The notes under the pieces are model-generated. The model had not been told where the DNA came from and did no database searches. It was given only the letters and a program-made list of their open reading frames with translations. A program made the translations under genes and the position numbers. Source: Chiloscyllium plagiosum (lineage: Eukaryota). Taken from it: DNA of 64,000 nucleotides. Every line of letters starts with the position of its first letter. Within the stretch, counting starts at the first letter, position 1. Location: the NCBI RefSeq assembly GCF_004010195.1, contig NC_057718.1:104038342-104102341 (forward strand), in the 5' to 3' direction. This document shows positions 12,455 to 25,381 of this stretch, piece by piece.

Positions 12455-12850
12455 ATAGAGTCATAGAAATGTACAGCATGGAAACAGACCCTGCGGTCCA
12501 ACCCGTCCATGCTGACCAGATATCCCAACCCATTCTAGTCCACCTGCCAGCACCCAGCCCATATCCCTCCAACCCTTCCTGTACATATACCCATCCAAAT
12601 GCCTCTTAAATGTTACAATTGTACCAGCCTCCACCACTTCCTCCGACAGCTCATTCCACACACGTACCACCCTCTGTGTAAAAACGTTGTTCCTTAGGTC
12701 TCTTTCATATGTTTCCCCTCTCACCCTAAACCTATGCCCTCTTGTTCTGAGCTCCCCCACCCTAGGGAAAAGACTTTGTCTGTTTATCCTATCCATGCCC
12801 TCATGATTTTATGAACAACTATAAGGTCACCCCTCAGCCTCTGATTCTCC
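12455..12850 (-). mobile_element. Young CR1 3' end
   Basis: ORF 12461..12796 (RTRGHRFRVRG...FTQRVVRVWNEL...FKRHLDGYM) plus 3' tail. Confidence 0.92.
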
Positions 12851-12914
12851 TTCGATGGGCAGCAAAGACGTTGCCTTGAGCAATTTGCTGATGAATAGCA
12901 AGTCCAACATCACT

Positions 12915-13044
12915 CAACATTTTACAGCTAAGTGTAGTCACTGTTGGAAAGTAAAAAACTCACCAGGTAGTTTGTGCACAGCAAGATCCCAGAAACAAAT
13001 AATGACCAGATAGTCCGATTTTGCAATATTTATTGAGGGATTAG
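12915..13044 (-). mobile_element. Deu-domain SINE fragment
   Basis: gtgcacagcaagatccc..aaacaaataatgaccagata is the reverse complement of the Deu core. Confidence 0.6.
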
Positions 13045-13079
13045 TGTTTTAGTATTTTTGTAAAAAATATATTGCTTGT

Positions 13080-13460
13080 GCATGAGATATATGCAATGCT
13101 GTCCCAGGGGTGGAATTCATTGTCCACCCCACCCTATTTCCCCTTCAAAGGGTGATGCTGAAAGACTTTCGTGACGACAAAAACATGACTGGCTCGGCCA
13201 GTTTAGTGCCAGCTGAGAGACAACTATATCGCTGTGGGTCTGGAGTCACAAGCCAGATAGGGTGAGGATGGCAGATTTCCTTCCCTGAAGGACATTAGTG
13301 ACCCTGATGGGTTATTACAACAAAGATTGTGGTGACTCTAGCTTATCTTTTATTTCATTCCACATTTATTAAATCAACCTAATCTAAATTTGAGCAGCCG
13401 AGATTTGAGCCAGTTACTCATGAGCGTTTGTTTAGGTTCTGGATTATTCAGTCTAGCATC
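13080..13460 (-). mobile_element. tRNA-derived SINE (family C)
   Basis: gctgtgggtctggagtcac...gatggcagatttccttccctgaaggacattagtga is the reverse complement of the body of the 40843-41178 copy. Confidence 0.65.
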
Positions 13461-14104
13461 ACAGCCACAGTAGCCACTAAGAGATCTTTAAGTCGATCTC
13501 CCCAGCCTATCCATGTTAATATCTCAGCCGTACTGTTAAAATTCACGTGGATTTCACTGTTTAAGTGCAGGTCAAACAGGGTTCAGCAATTTCGCTCCGA
13601 GTTAAGCTTCATAAAGAAACCTAGATCTGGCCATGGGTTTTTATGTTCCTCTAATGATGCCAGACTTTATTGCCTGTTATTAAAGGCCCCAGTCACTGTT
13701 TGTTCTGTTTCTGTTGAATGTTGGCATGGGGCCCTGTAACAGATCATTGAACCTCCAGCCTCACAATAAATATCCACTTGCCAGTCCTCACAACACATTC
13801 TAAACAGCGAGTAGAATTATAAACAGGAACAAGTGCTGAGAGTTTAGAGCTCAGACTCAACCATGGAAAATCAGCACCAAAAAACAAGAGCTGGTAACAT
13901 TCTTGATAGATCAAAACCACCAGCAATTTGGGTGTATTAGGCTTTTACTACCCTTAAAACTCCCACCCCCTAACATCCACCTCAATGCCACCCATAGCTT
14001 CTGTGCGCAAGATCATCAGGATTGACAATATATTCCATAGTGAACGTATCCCCCATGGATTTCCCCATTGGAAACCTAACAGGGATTCAAAAAACTACTC
14101 TCTC

Positions 14105-14240
14105 CTGTTCTGAAAATTCATAGCAGACTTGAAACGTTAACTCTGTTTCTCTCTCCACAGATGCTGTCAGACCTGCTGGGTTTCTCCAGCACTTTCTATT
14201 TTTGTTTCAGATTTCCAGCACCCGCAGTATTTTGCTTTTA
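14105..14240 (+). mobile_element. Penelope-type terminal repeat with decayed hammerhead motif
   Basis: gttctgaaaa...gacttgaaacgttaactctgtttctctctccacagatgctg; homologous to 40220-40310 and 61437-61566. Confidence 0.55.
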
Positions 14241-15756
14241 TATAACTCTCTGAACTGGACTGAGGTTGGATACACAGTTCAACCACACACCCTCCCCCGC
14301 CCCAGCATCTGGTTTTGCTGCAGAAAGACAGAAATAATTTCTGTTTTTTTTCCCCAATCATTTTAAATTAATCCAATTGCATGTTTGATTCACCAGTCAC
14401 TTCTGCTGAAAATTTAGGATATAATGCTGCTCCTTTGGAAACAAGTAGCAGAAAAAAACCCACCCACAATTTAAGAACTTTGGGGAATTAGTAAACTTGA
14501 TAAATCAGTTGTAAACTATCAAGGAGTCTACTGACCAGAGCTGTTCAGGGAGTCTTTAGATGAGGGGTGTTCATGGGATCTTTGGATTAGTGATATTCAT
14601 CAAGACCAGAGCTAAAATACCATGGTATTCTAATGGTATGCCATGGCAACATCTCTACTTACCAACCAATCAGCACCTCCTTCTCTAGCTGTATAATTTG
14701 TTCTCTTTGAAATTTGCAATTCTTGCCATTTTGTCCTGATGAACACAGAATGAAAAATTTAGAATACACGTCTCCTGTTCCAGCAATATAGTACTTTCTT
14801 CAAAAACAAATTCTCAGCCTGAAAACTGAACTGCAGTACAGCTAAGATCAGAATGTTTTTAGAAGTATATTTAAAGAAAAAGTATGATACCTATTCAAAT
14901 AATCAGGCTAAAAAACACGTCGGCAAGCTGTGGAAATGTAGCAAGCTAAAATCGACAAATTCAGCAGGTAACAGGAACGTGAAGGAAGGAACCTGAAAAG
15001 AAAGATAATATCGGTTCAAACAATGTCAAAATTATAAACCATTATGCCATGCCTCCATTACAGATAGTCGATTACACAAAGTTCATCATTACAACCTTTC
15101 ATGAATTATCTAACAAGTGGGAATATTTTGCTACTGTCCTGTGTTGCATCTTACGAGAAGGAATTGTGTTGATTTGTTTGGGTCTGGTCAGGGGGTAGAT
15201 TGTTGTTTTAACTAGGCCTCAACATGTACAAGCTGTGTTTGCACAGCAGTGAATGAAATATTTGTATTTGATCTTTTTTCTGCAGTGCTTGTATAGTGTG
15301 TAATGTACTGTGAGCCAGCTGAACTGCTTTCATTTCTCTCTGAACTGGAGAGGAAAATAACAGCAGAGAAAGAGTTAACCTAAAGGGAGAAAGTCCTGGA
15401 GCTCGAGTACTAGACTATCACGGTTTGGATAATACAAGCTAATTTCCTCTCACTCTCACTCCAGCAGAATTCTGGCAGTTGTGTATCGGATAGTGTCTGA
15501 GTTGAGAATACCTCAAGCCAGTTTGATGTTTCTGGGGTTGGCTCATGTCTATGTTGTGGACAGGATTTCTTTTCCGATTTCAGCTCATTGTTAATAGCGT
15601 GAAAATCTCAGAATGGTGTTTAAACGTAAGGGTTTCCAACATTCTGCTGCCCATATGTTACACTCTCCTGTGTAGCCATTCCCACCCATTCCCATCAAGT
15701 GACTCCTCAGGTTTTAAATTTCTCATCCCTGCTTTCAATTCTTATCCCAAAGAGTA

Positions 15757-16020
15757 GGTAATCCCTGAGCAGATTCTCTCTGATGTTATGTTTAGGTTCT
15801 GATGTCTAAATTTGGATCCCTCCACCAGAGGAAATCCATTCTCTCTATCTCCCTGTGGAAACAGGATTAATGATAGTGTCACTAAATGATTATCCAGACG
15901 CCCAGACAAATGCTCTCTGTTCAAGTCCCACCACAGCAGGGGGTCAGTTTTAAATTCAATTCATAAAATCTGGAGTTGAAAGATAGTTTCATCAATTATC
16001 TTAAAGAAAACCCATCTGGT
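15757..16020 (+). repeat. Copy 1 of ~262-bp dispersed local duplication
   Basis: Near-identical to 17474-17733 from ggtaatccctgagcag to aaacccatctggt. Confidence 0.92.
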
Positions 16021-16079
16021 TTACTGTTGCCCCAGTAATATCTGGGGTAAAAGCCCCTCAGCGCTACACTACATCACAA

Positions 16080-16300
16080 CGCTGTGGAACTCACTTCCAC
16101 CACTAGTCTCTCCGCCTGACTCTCAAATTTTCAGGAGCATCTTAAAACATACCTCACTGACCCAGCTGTTGGTCATCTGCCCTAGTGTGTCCGAAAATGG
16201 CTTGGGGTCAGAGTTCGGAATCACAACACTCTTGTGAAAAGCTTTGAGTGACTTTGTTTTATTCAAAGTGCCCCAAATGCAACATTTGGTTATTGCTGTT
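16080..16300 (+). mobile_element. L2-type LINE 3' end
   Basis: LWNSLP...FRSILKTYL-like motif (ctgtggaactcacttcca...cttaaaacatacctc) and L2-type tail. Confidence 0.55.
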
Positions 16301-17473
16301 AATGAGCTGTCTTTCAAAAAAAAAAGCAAACTGAATACTTGGGTTAATTTCAAGAATTGGGATGCAGTAAAATATTACCTGTCTAGCATCGAGCAGTGAT
16401 TAGACTGCATTTAGATTGTTATAAACAGTTTTGGGCTCTATCTTATCGGAAACATAGAGAGGATCTGAGGAAGTTGCCATAAAATTTTCACAAGGACCAT
16501 ATCAGAACTGAGAAGATGGACTTAATCAGGGAAGGCTGAACAACTGGGAATTTTTTCTTCAGAAGAGAGGAGGCTGAGGGTGTGACCTGATAGCAGTCTT
16601 TAAAATTTCAGAAGGATTTTCTAGTAAAGACATTTAGGTGTAGTGATAAATGTTTTCTCCAACTTTAGCAAATTGTCTGCCAAGAGTACACTTGTTAAAA
16701 ATCCAAAAATGTGTACATGTTGTCCTTCAGAGAGCAGATAAAGTAATATTCACAGTAAACGCTCAGTTGTCATTTCACTTCTAAAACTTTATTTCAGTCA
16801 GTTTATTCTAAGGTTTAGACCAGAACTGAATTCTTCACTGAGGATCCACTCCATGACTCCTTTGTGATTCAAAGGGACAATGTCAAGTCTGAATGAAACA
16901 TTAAACTTAGCCATACCAGGTCCAGTTTTATTCACAATGTGAACCCTTTGTGGTGATGTTACCAAGTGTTGCATCGCAGAGTCTATGATAATGTGAAATC
17001 ACCTCACAGATGCCAGTCCCAGATGGCCCCATTGAGTTCCCAATATCCTGAATGGAAGTTCCTAGTCTCCTGTCGTGTGAGCCACTGGTGCTCTCTTTAA
17101 TGTGAAGTGCTCAGACTATCAGCAAAAATAAGATTTATGGAAGAAGCAATGGGGAGCACTGAGTGAAATGTTTGCTGTAACATCAGAATAGCAACTTTTC
17201 AATGACAGTGACAGAAACGTTTGCAGCATTAGCTCTAACATAACTGAAACAGTTCCACATGGGATGCTTTCCTAATGTAGGAATTATTAACCATTTTAGA
17301 GATGAAGGACATTTGCAGATTATTCCTCATTAGTCGTGTGCCTGGAAGCAGTGCCTAGCCCTCACCCATCAGTGTGATTTTGAGATTTTTGATTGACATT
17401 CCTGCCCACTCCCCAGTCTGGACAGCATTTTGAGAGAGAGAATTCTTGATTTTCACTGCTCTTTTCAAGAATG

Positions 17474-17733
17474 GGTAATCCCTGAGCAGATTCTCTCTGA
17501 TGTGGTGTTTAGGTTCTGATGTATAAGTTTGGATTCCCCCACCAGAGGAAATCCATTCTATCTCCCTGTGGAAACAGGATTAATGATGATGTCACTGGAT
17601 GAATATCCAGATGCTCAGACAAATGCTCTTGGTTCAAATCCCACCACAGCAGGGGGTGAGTTTTAAATTCAATTCATAAAATCTGGAGTTGAAAGATAGA
17701 TTTATCAATTATCTTAAAGAAAACCCATCTGGT
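17474..17733 (+). repeat. Copy 2 of ~262-bp dispersed local duplication
   Basis: Near-identical to 15757-16020. Confidence 0.92.
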
Positions 17734-18149
17734 CACCTTTCTCCATTTCGAGAAACTCCCTTCAACTATTACTCTCTGTCTCCTGTTGCTCAACCTGTTC
17801 TTTATCCACCTTGCTCTTCTGTCGGTATGGTGACCAGTACTCTATGCAGTACTCAGGATGGATGATCACCAATGCCTGTATAATTCACCTACAGAAGAAT
17901 GTTGATGCATTGGAAGTGGTTCAGAGAATGTTTACTGAGAATGAACGGATTGTCTTAGGAGTATAATTGAAGCAGAACCCCCTTAATCTTGTCATTCAAT
18001 TCCCATTCTGATAAACAATTACATTCTACCAGCTTTCCTAATTACTTGCTATTCCCGTTTACTAACCTTTTCAAGCACTAGGACACTCAGATCTCTCTAC
18101 ATCTCAGAGCTCTGCAACCTCTCACAATGTAAATGAATATTTTCAAATT

Positions 18150-19060
18150 TCATAAGAATTAGGAGCAAGAATGGGCCATTCAGCCCCTCAAAACTGTTAT
18201 GTCATTCTAGCTCATAGCTGCTCATCTACCTCAATGCCATTTTCCACACTATTTCCATATCCGTTGATGTCATTGGCATGCGGAGATCAATTGATTTCTG
18301 CCTTGATTCTGTCATTCCCTATCTCAGTGACGAAACTTCTTCCACAGCCTCCCTGGGGGAGAGAATTCCAGAGATTCACATTCTGTGAGTGAAGAACTTC
18401 TTTGTCTTCCCAATCCTTACTGGCCCTGCTCTTTATTCGAAGTCTGGGTGCCCTGATTCTGGCCTGCAGCCCAGCAATGAGAGATGTCCTTCCTGCATCC
18501 ATAATCTCCAGCCCTTTAGGAATTTTGCATATTCCAATAAAATCACATCTCATTCCTCTAAATCCAGCAAGTACAGGCTACCTCTTCTCAATCTCTCCTC
18601 ACAGGACACTCCTGCCATCCCAGGAATCAGTCTGGTGGACATCCATTGCCACTCTGCCTACAGCAAGTCTACCCTTCCTTTGGATAAGGGATCACAAATG
18701 CACACAATCATCCAGACACGCCCTCACCAAGGGCCTGTGCAATTGCAGCAAAATATCCTTATTCCTGTATTCGCATCCCTTTGTGATAAGGCCCATGTCC
18801 CATTTATTTCCGTATTTGCGGTACCTACATGTCAGCTCATGAACAAGGACACCCAGGGGTCTTTGGACGTTGTCATTTCCCAATCTCTCATCCTTTCAGA
18901 AATACTCTGCATCTTTGTTTCTCCTCCCACCCCAAACCCCTAGTAAAACAAATAACCTCACATTTATCCTCGTTATTCACTTGTACTTTTTTTTATTCAT
19001 CCAATCAGTTTGTCCAAATTCCTCTAAATCTCTTCACACCATCTTGACAATACACTCATA
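18150..19060 (-). mobile_element. Older CR1 3' region
   Basis: ORFs 18287..18553 and 18692..18883 (VQRPLGVLVH; EYRNKDILLQLHRPLVR; NLWNSLPQ). Confidence 0.8.
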
Positions 19061-19189
19061 AAGAGGGGTTGGTTGAAACAAAGCTTGGGTAGCACCTGCT
19101 CTGTTATTCTGTTGAATGATGATATACTATACAAAGACTTAACTTCAATCCTGTTTAAGTCATTAGCCATTCAGCTACAGCGATAATAC

Positions 19190-19668
19190 AAAGAAAATAA
19201 CAAAGAAAATTATAGCACAGGAACAGGCCCTTTGGCCCTCCAAGCCTGTGCTGATCCAGATCCTCTATCTAAACCTGTCGCCTATTTTCTAAGGCTCTGT
19301 ATCCCTCTGCTCCCTGTCCATTCATGTATTTGTCTGGATACATCTTAAATGACACTATCATGCCCACCTCTACCACCTCCGCTGGCAACGCGTTCCAGGC
19401 ACCCATCACCCTCTGCGTGAAAAACTTTCCACGAATATCTCCCTTAAACTTTTTCCCTCTCACCTTGAACTTGTGACTCCTACTAATTGAGTTCCCCACT
19501 CTGAGAAAAAGTTTCTTGCTATCCATCTTGTCTATACCTCTCATGATTTTGTAAGCCTCAGTCAGGTCCCCCCACAACCTCCTTCTTTCTAATGAAAATA
19601 AACCTAATCTACTCAACCTCCCCTCATAGCTAGCACTGTCCATACCAGGCAGCATCCTGGTGAACCTG
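19190..19668 (-). mobile_element. Young CR1 3' end
   Basis: ORF 19269..19655 (MLPGM..SYEGRLSRLGLFSLERRRL). Confidence 0.92.
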
Positions 19669-19769
19669 AGCCAACTTCACTTGCATTTCCCATGGCTCAA
19701 CCTCCAGATGAACCTCAATGTCTCAATCTCCTGACTCAGGATTGGACATTGCCAAAGCCAAGCACAACC

Positions 19770-19930
19770 TCAGTCCTGGATTATCAGAGACAGATGACTG
19801 AGGAGGGTTTAACCTGACACCTCAGGTGAGAGGAGAGGTCGATAAGGAGAGTCCTTCTTCAGTCCGTAAAGGAATTGAATACTCGCTGTTAGTGCCACTC
19901 TGCATCCATCAGACCAACTGAGCTAACCAA
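19770..19930 (-). mobile_element. tRNA-derived SINE (family B)
   Basis: Reverse-complement match to 54960-55160 (aactgagctaac head; tttaacctga). Confidence 0.6.
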
Positions 19931-20973
19931 TGTCCAACTGGGCTAGTGATGCCCCTTAAATGTTATTTAGAATATATAGCTTTTGTACATTTACAATCCT
20001 GCAACTTCAGTGTAACTGTTTCTCATGTGTGTTGTATTTTGTAATAACTGGCGAAACTGATTAAATACCCGAGTAACCAAGTGATGAGCACTCAGCTGCT
20101 GTGAACCTACAACATCCCAATTCTTTTCACCAGAAAAAGCTCCAGTGATAGATCCATTTAAATAATTCACTTCTAAAACTGAGGCTGCGTATGAGATCCA
20201 CATCAAAATATTTTGAGATTGTTTACATACTGGTGACTGAGATTGGGAAGAACATTCTCTGGGACTTCTGTTCTTATTCCGAAAGTGAGAATCCAACACT
20301 GCTGATCAGTTCTGTGTACTGCCAAATAAGTGTTACACTGTACAGTATACAAGACCACATTGGACACTTCCGAAACTTTCCTCACGTTAGTCTCATTTAT
20401 TCTGTCCTTTCCTCAAATCCATTCTGATTTCTCCCTTTCCAATTTTTATCCTTTTGAGAATTCAGAAGGTCAGGAACAGATTGTAACGATGGGTAAATCA
20501 GGACTAGGCCTGGTTGTGGATTTTGGGAAGGAGGTAGAAACAGGCTGTGCGAGACTGTGGGATCATGAGGTTGGAATCTGTGAAGAAAAGATCTCCAAAG
20601 GAGATGAGGGTCTATGATGTTATGCTGCTAGTCATCCATTTAGCAAGCAGGGCCCAGTCTGTCTTCCACAACTTTGTTGTGACCATTTTGTAATTCAATA
20701 CAAACTTCAGTCTGTTCTCTCCCCTCAATGAGGAGCAAATTACACACCACCAAATCATTCAAATAATCAATTAACCAAACAAAACTCTGAATATTTTTAT
20801 AGACACACCACCAAATTAGCTGATTAGAACAACTAAATAAATAACAATGAACAAGTACTGCCCACCAGGGACAGTGAACAGCCAGGCCCTACCACCAAAA
20901 GCCATGCCTTTTCTTTGTTAAACTCACACCAAATTACCCATGTTACCAATTAAATAATGAATGAGTTACAGCG

Positions 20974-20990
20974 AGTGCCCCCTAGAGCAG
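20974..20990 (-). promoter_or_regulatory. Candidate CTCF-binding site
   Basis: Reverse complement CTGCTCTAGGGGGCACT matches the CTCF core. Confidence 0.4.
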
Positions 20991-21724
20991 TGTAACAATT
21001 ACAAAGGGAAAGATTAAGGAATTAAAGATGAAGGAAGCTAAATTAAAATGGAGGTGAGGGAGAGGTAGGGACAGAGCCAAATCAGAATGATGTCAGGCCT
21101 TGGAGATACTTTCATAATCAGCCTGTTATTATCATTATTATTATCATTATTATTACAATCAGGATGTTATTACATACTCTTTGGGACGGATAGGATTTCA
21201 ACCTGGTTCTCAGTTAGGGACACCACCACAGTGCCAAATGGACTCCTCATATCTAAGCTGCCATATCTGTTGATTCATTTATACCAAATATCTATCAATT
21301 TCACTCTTGAACACACTTGACAACTGAGAATTCCAAAGGTTCAAATTCTCAGTGAAGAAATTTCTCCTCGAGTCATCTCAGTTCTAAATGGCCTGTCCTA
21401 TCGTGAGACTGAGACCTTGCCTTCTTGACTCTGCAGCTGGGAGGAAACAGTCTTTGAGCAGTGACCCTGCCCAAACCTCTCTGGCCTTTCTACATTTCAA
21501 TCAGATCACCTCCCACAATTCCAAACGTTGGAAGCTACACTGCAAAGGGGCATCCAATAATGATCACATGAGATGAAACCTGACTGAACACAACGCTGTC
21601 ACAGGCCAAATGTGACAAGTGGCCTTACAGACTTGTGTTTCTGGTACTGAAACTAAAAAAAAATTTAAACACTTGGTTACTTCTCAAGTTAGTAAACTTG
21701 ACTATCAGAGGTGATGCTGCACAG

Positions 21725-22028
21725 ATACCCTGCACACCATGTGACTTCACTTTCCTCCATAGTTTACCATGGGAAACCTTAGCAAACGCCTTACTAAAGT
21801 CCATGTCGATGACATATACAGCCCTTCCTTCATCTATCAACTTGGTCACTTGCTCAAAGAACTCTATTAAGTTGATAAGAAACAATCTCCCTCACACGTT
21901 GCCTATCATGTTTGGAGGGATATGGGCCGGGTGCTGGCAGGTGGGACTAGATTAGGTTGGGATATCTGGTAGGCATGGATAAGTTGGACTGAAGAGTCTT
22001 TCTGTGCTGTACATCTCTATGAGTCTAT
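21725..22028. mobile_element. CR1 RT fragment (minus, 21725-21897) joined to CR1 3' end (plus, 21910-22028)
   Basis: ORF 21625..21885 (INLIEFFEQVTKLIDEGRAVYVIDMDFSKAFAKVSHGKL), then a plus-strand tail tttggagggatatggg...ctctatgagtct. Confidence 0.8.
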
Positions 22029-22454
22029 TTAAAACAAAACCATCTCATCATTATCAAACGGGAGGTTATGAGATGGCCGTGTAAAAATTAGCTGCTGTGT
22101 TTTCTACCTCGCTGCTGCACACATTAGTCTGTCGAAATTGTGAAGAATTGTGTAGCTATGGGTTTTAAGTTGCAGGAGATGGGGTGAAGTCAGATCTCAA
22201 TTCTGTCCTTCAGAAAGGTGGACTCTGGAATTTGTGCAGTATGTGAACGAGCACATTCAGAGTTGCATTACTAGTTTTAAATTAGGCATACAAACTGAGT
22301 TATTTTCAACAAGAAACCTATCCTTTATAATCACAATCTGAATGAAACTCTTAGTATAGGCCATGGATCAATCATTGATAAATTCTACAGATTATATAAT
22401 AGTTTGCATTTTTATTGTAGACTGCAAATATTCATCGATCAATCAATATCACAA

Positions 22455-22942
22455 CATCAGAAAAGATTCACAAGGATGTTGCCAGGGTTGGAGGGTCTGA
22501 GCTACAGGGAGAGGCTGAACAGGCTGGGGCTGTTTTCCCTGGAGCGTCGGAGGCTGAGGGGTGATCTTATAGAGGTTTATAAAATCATGAGGGGCATGGA
22601 TAGGATAAATATACAAGGTCTTTGCCCTAGCATGGGGGAGTTCTAAACTAGAGGGCAAAGGTTTAAGGTGAGAGGAGGAAGATTTAAAAGGGGCAACTTT
22701 TTCATACAGAAGATGATGCATGAATGGAATGAGCTGCCAGAGGATGTGGTGGAGGCTGGTACAATTACAGCATTGCAATTAGGCAATAAAAGGCATCTGG
22801 ATGGGTATATGAATAGGAAAGGTTTAGAGGGATAAGGGCCAAGTGCTGGCAAACAGGACTAGATTGGGTTAGGATATCTGGTCGGCATGGATGAGTTGGA
22901 CCAAAGGGTCTGTTTCCGCGCTGTACATCTCTATGACTCTAT
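22455..22942 (+). mobile_element. Young CR1 3' end
   Basis: QKRFTRMLPGLEGLSYRERLNRLGLFSLERRRLRGDLIEVYK; ctctatgactctatg tail. Confidence 0.93.
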
Positions 22943-22964
22943 GGCAATATAGAAACAAGCATGT

Positions 22965-23680
22965 GAACATATGAAACAGGAGCCTGAGTAGGCCATTCAG
23001 CCTTCCAGGCCTGCTCCCCCATTCAATAAGATAGCAGCTGATCTGTTTGTTCTAAATTCCGCATTTCTATCTCCCTCCTTCAATTTCCCCACCTGACAAA
23101 AATCCATCTACCTCCATCTGCAAAAACATTCAATAACTGTGCCCCCCCCCCCCCACAACCTTCTGAGACAGAGAGCCCCACAGACCTCTGACAGAAAATA
23201 CCTAAAAGGGTGACCCATAATTTTAAAAACAGTGCCTCCTCATCCTGGACTCATCATTTCTACATCCACTTCTTCAAGACCATTCAGGAACTTACACACT
23301 TCAATCAGGTCATTGTTTGCTCTGTTGAAATCAAAGGGGAAAACAAGCTCAGTCTGTCCACCTTTGGTCACAAGACAACCCACTCATCCCTGGCATCAAT
23401 CCAGATAACCTCCTCTGATTCATCCCCAACATATTTTATGTCCTTCCTGGTATAAGGGGACTACTACTGCACACTGTATTCGAGATGTGGTCCCACCAAT
23501 GCCCTGTATAACTGTAGCAGAACATCTTCCTTTCCATCTGTTGAACAGTTGAATCCTTACTGCTTAGTTCCCCTCATAATAAAGGCCAGCCTTTCTGACC
23601 ACTGACTGGACCTGCACACTAACCCTTTCTGTCTCATGTACACAACACCCAGATCCCTGTGCACACTATGATTCCACAGT
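22965..23680 (-). mobile_element. Old CR1 fragment
   Basis: 3' tail gagtaggccattcagcc and degenerate ORF2 C-terminal motifs. Confidence 0.6.
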
Positions 23681-24277
23681 CTGGTAAACAAACCAAAGGG
23701 TTAGCTGTTTTAACGTTGAAGTCCTTTTTCCAAACGTTTCTTCCTCCTTCGCCTTCTTGCTGATTTTTGGGCTCCTGTTCCATCTTCGGGGTAAGCTCTA
23801 TCAAATTGAGTGGTGGTCTGATGATGATCTTACTGAGTTAGTCATCGCACAGCTTCAACCCTGTCAGCTCCAATCTCACTGCAGCTGCTGGGGAAGTGAA
23901 ACTTATTGAAATAGGTTTGGCATCAGGAAGGGTGTCTACTAAATTATCCCACTGAGGTCAAAACCCACTGGGTTCATTAATGTCCTTCATCTGCTGTCCT
24001 TAACACGTCTGGTCCCATGCAATGTGGTTAATTCTTAACTATCCAGTGAAATGTTCGAACAAGTCAGTTATGAGCATCAAACTGCACAAACATGTCCATT
24101 AAGAATAAAGCTAGGCACATCATCCAGGATGCAATGGATGGTACAAAGGCACACCTTGGTCAGCCACTCTTCCTAACACAACTGAGGGAGTCCCACCATT
24201 ACACAGAGGACAGTGATTCATCAATTTAGCTCACCACTACTTCCCCGAGGACAGTAAGTAACCGTCTTGCCAGCAAT

Positions 24278-24610
24278 CATGGAATCCCTACAGCTTGGAA
24301 ATGGGCCATTTGGCCCAACAAGTCCACACCGACCCTCCAAAGAGTAACCCACCCGGACCCATTCACCTACCCTATTACTCTATATATACCCTGACTAATG
24401 CTCTTAACCTACACATCCCTGAACACTATGGGCAATTTAGCATGGCCAATTCATCTAACCTGGATATCTTTGAACCGAGGGAGCAAACTGGAGCAAACCT
24501 ACACAAACACGGGGAGAATGTGCATAAACCACAAAGTCAGTCGCCCGAGGCTGGAATCGAACCCGGGTCCCTGGCGCTGTGAGGCTGCAGTGCTAACCAC
24601 TGAGCCACCG
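24278..24610 (-). mobile_element. HE1/V-SINE
   Basis: ggaatcgaacccgggtccctggcgctgtgaggc..gtgctaaccactgagccacc. Confidence 0.88.
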
Positions 24611-25381
24611 TCTTTTTTTAAAGAAACTCTCTGAGGGACCTTGCAGCTCCCCTGGGGAGGTGCAGCATACTATTTAACTGTGCAACAGAAAATGGTCCAA
24701 TCTCTTTATTGTCTGCAAGATGTATAGCAGAAGATAAAGAGATTGTATGATTATTCCTCTACCCTTGCCCAAATTCAGTCAACTGACTACAGAGGAGAAA
24801 TGTTTGGGGTAGTGGGGGAATATGGTCAGGGAACATTCAGCTATGATCTGTTTTAGCAGGTTTGAGGGGCCAAATGGCCAAGACTGCTCCTCTTCCTGTA
24901 TAAACCTGTATTCTTCATCCCAGGGCAGATTAAGACATACAGAACGTGCTGCACATCAGCTTGAAGCTTGGCAGATCCAGAAATGAATAAAGAGTTGAGG
25001 TTTTTATAAATGATGTTGGAACAAATATATTTGTATGTGTTGCACGGGTTTCTCTGGGCTTCCCAAGAGGATGTGTGTATAATCTCACCCTAAATGAAGC
25101 TGAGTTCCTCCAGAATCAAGCCCAGACTTTGACACGTTAGATCATGTTTTGAGAATCACAGTCTGACTGCTCAAGCACTTGCTTTCATTTCATGTGAGTG
25201 GTCCCAGTTTACTGACTGAGGAATTTCAGCTCCCTCACTCCCACACCTGGAGTCTCTGAGGTTGTTACCAAACAGAGAATATAAAGACTGACCAAGAGCA
25301 AACAGGTAGAGCTTCCCACTGCTGAACGCAGGCCTGTCTATATCTAGGGGCACAGTCTCAGAATAAAAGACAAAACATTTC

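Noticed and set aside
18389..18943. Longest ORF in the track (184 aa, +)
   Set aside because: It is the antisense reading of a decayed CR1 ORF2 and shows no protein-like features.
23690..23800. Purine-rich minus-strand stretch encoding ARRRRRKKR (NLS-like)
   Set aside because: No convincing splice sites or homology, and the frame is short.
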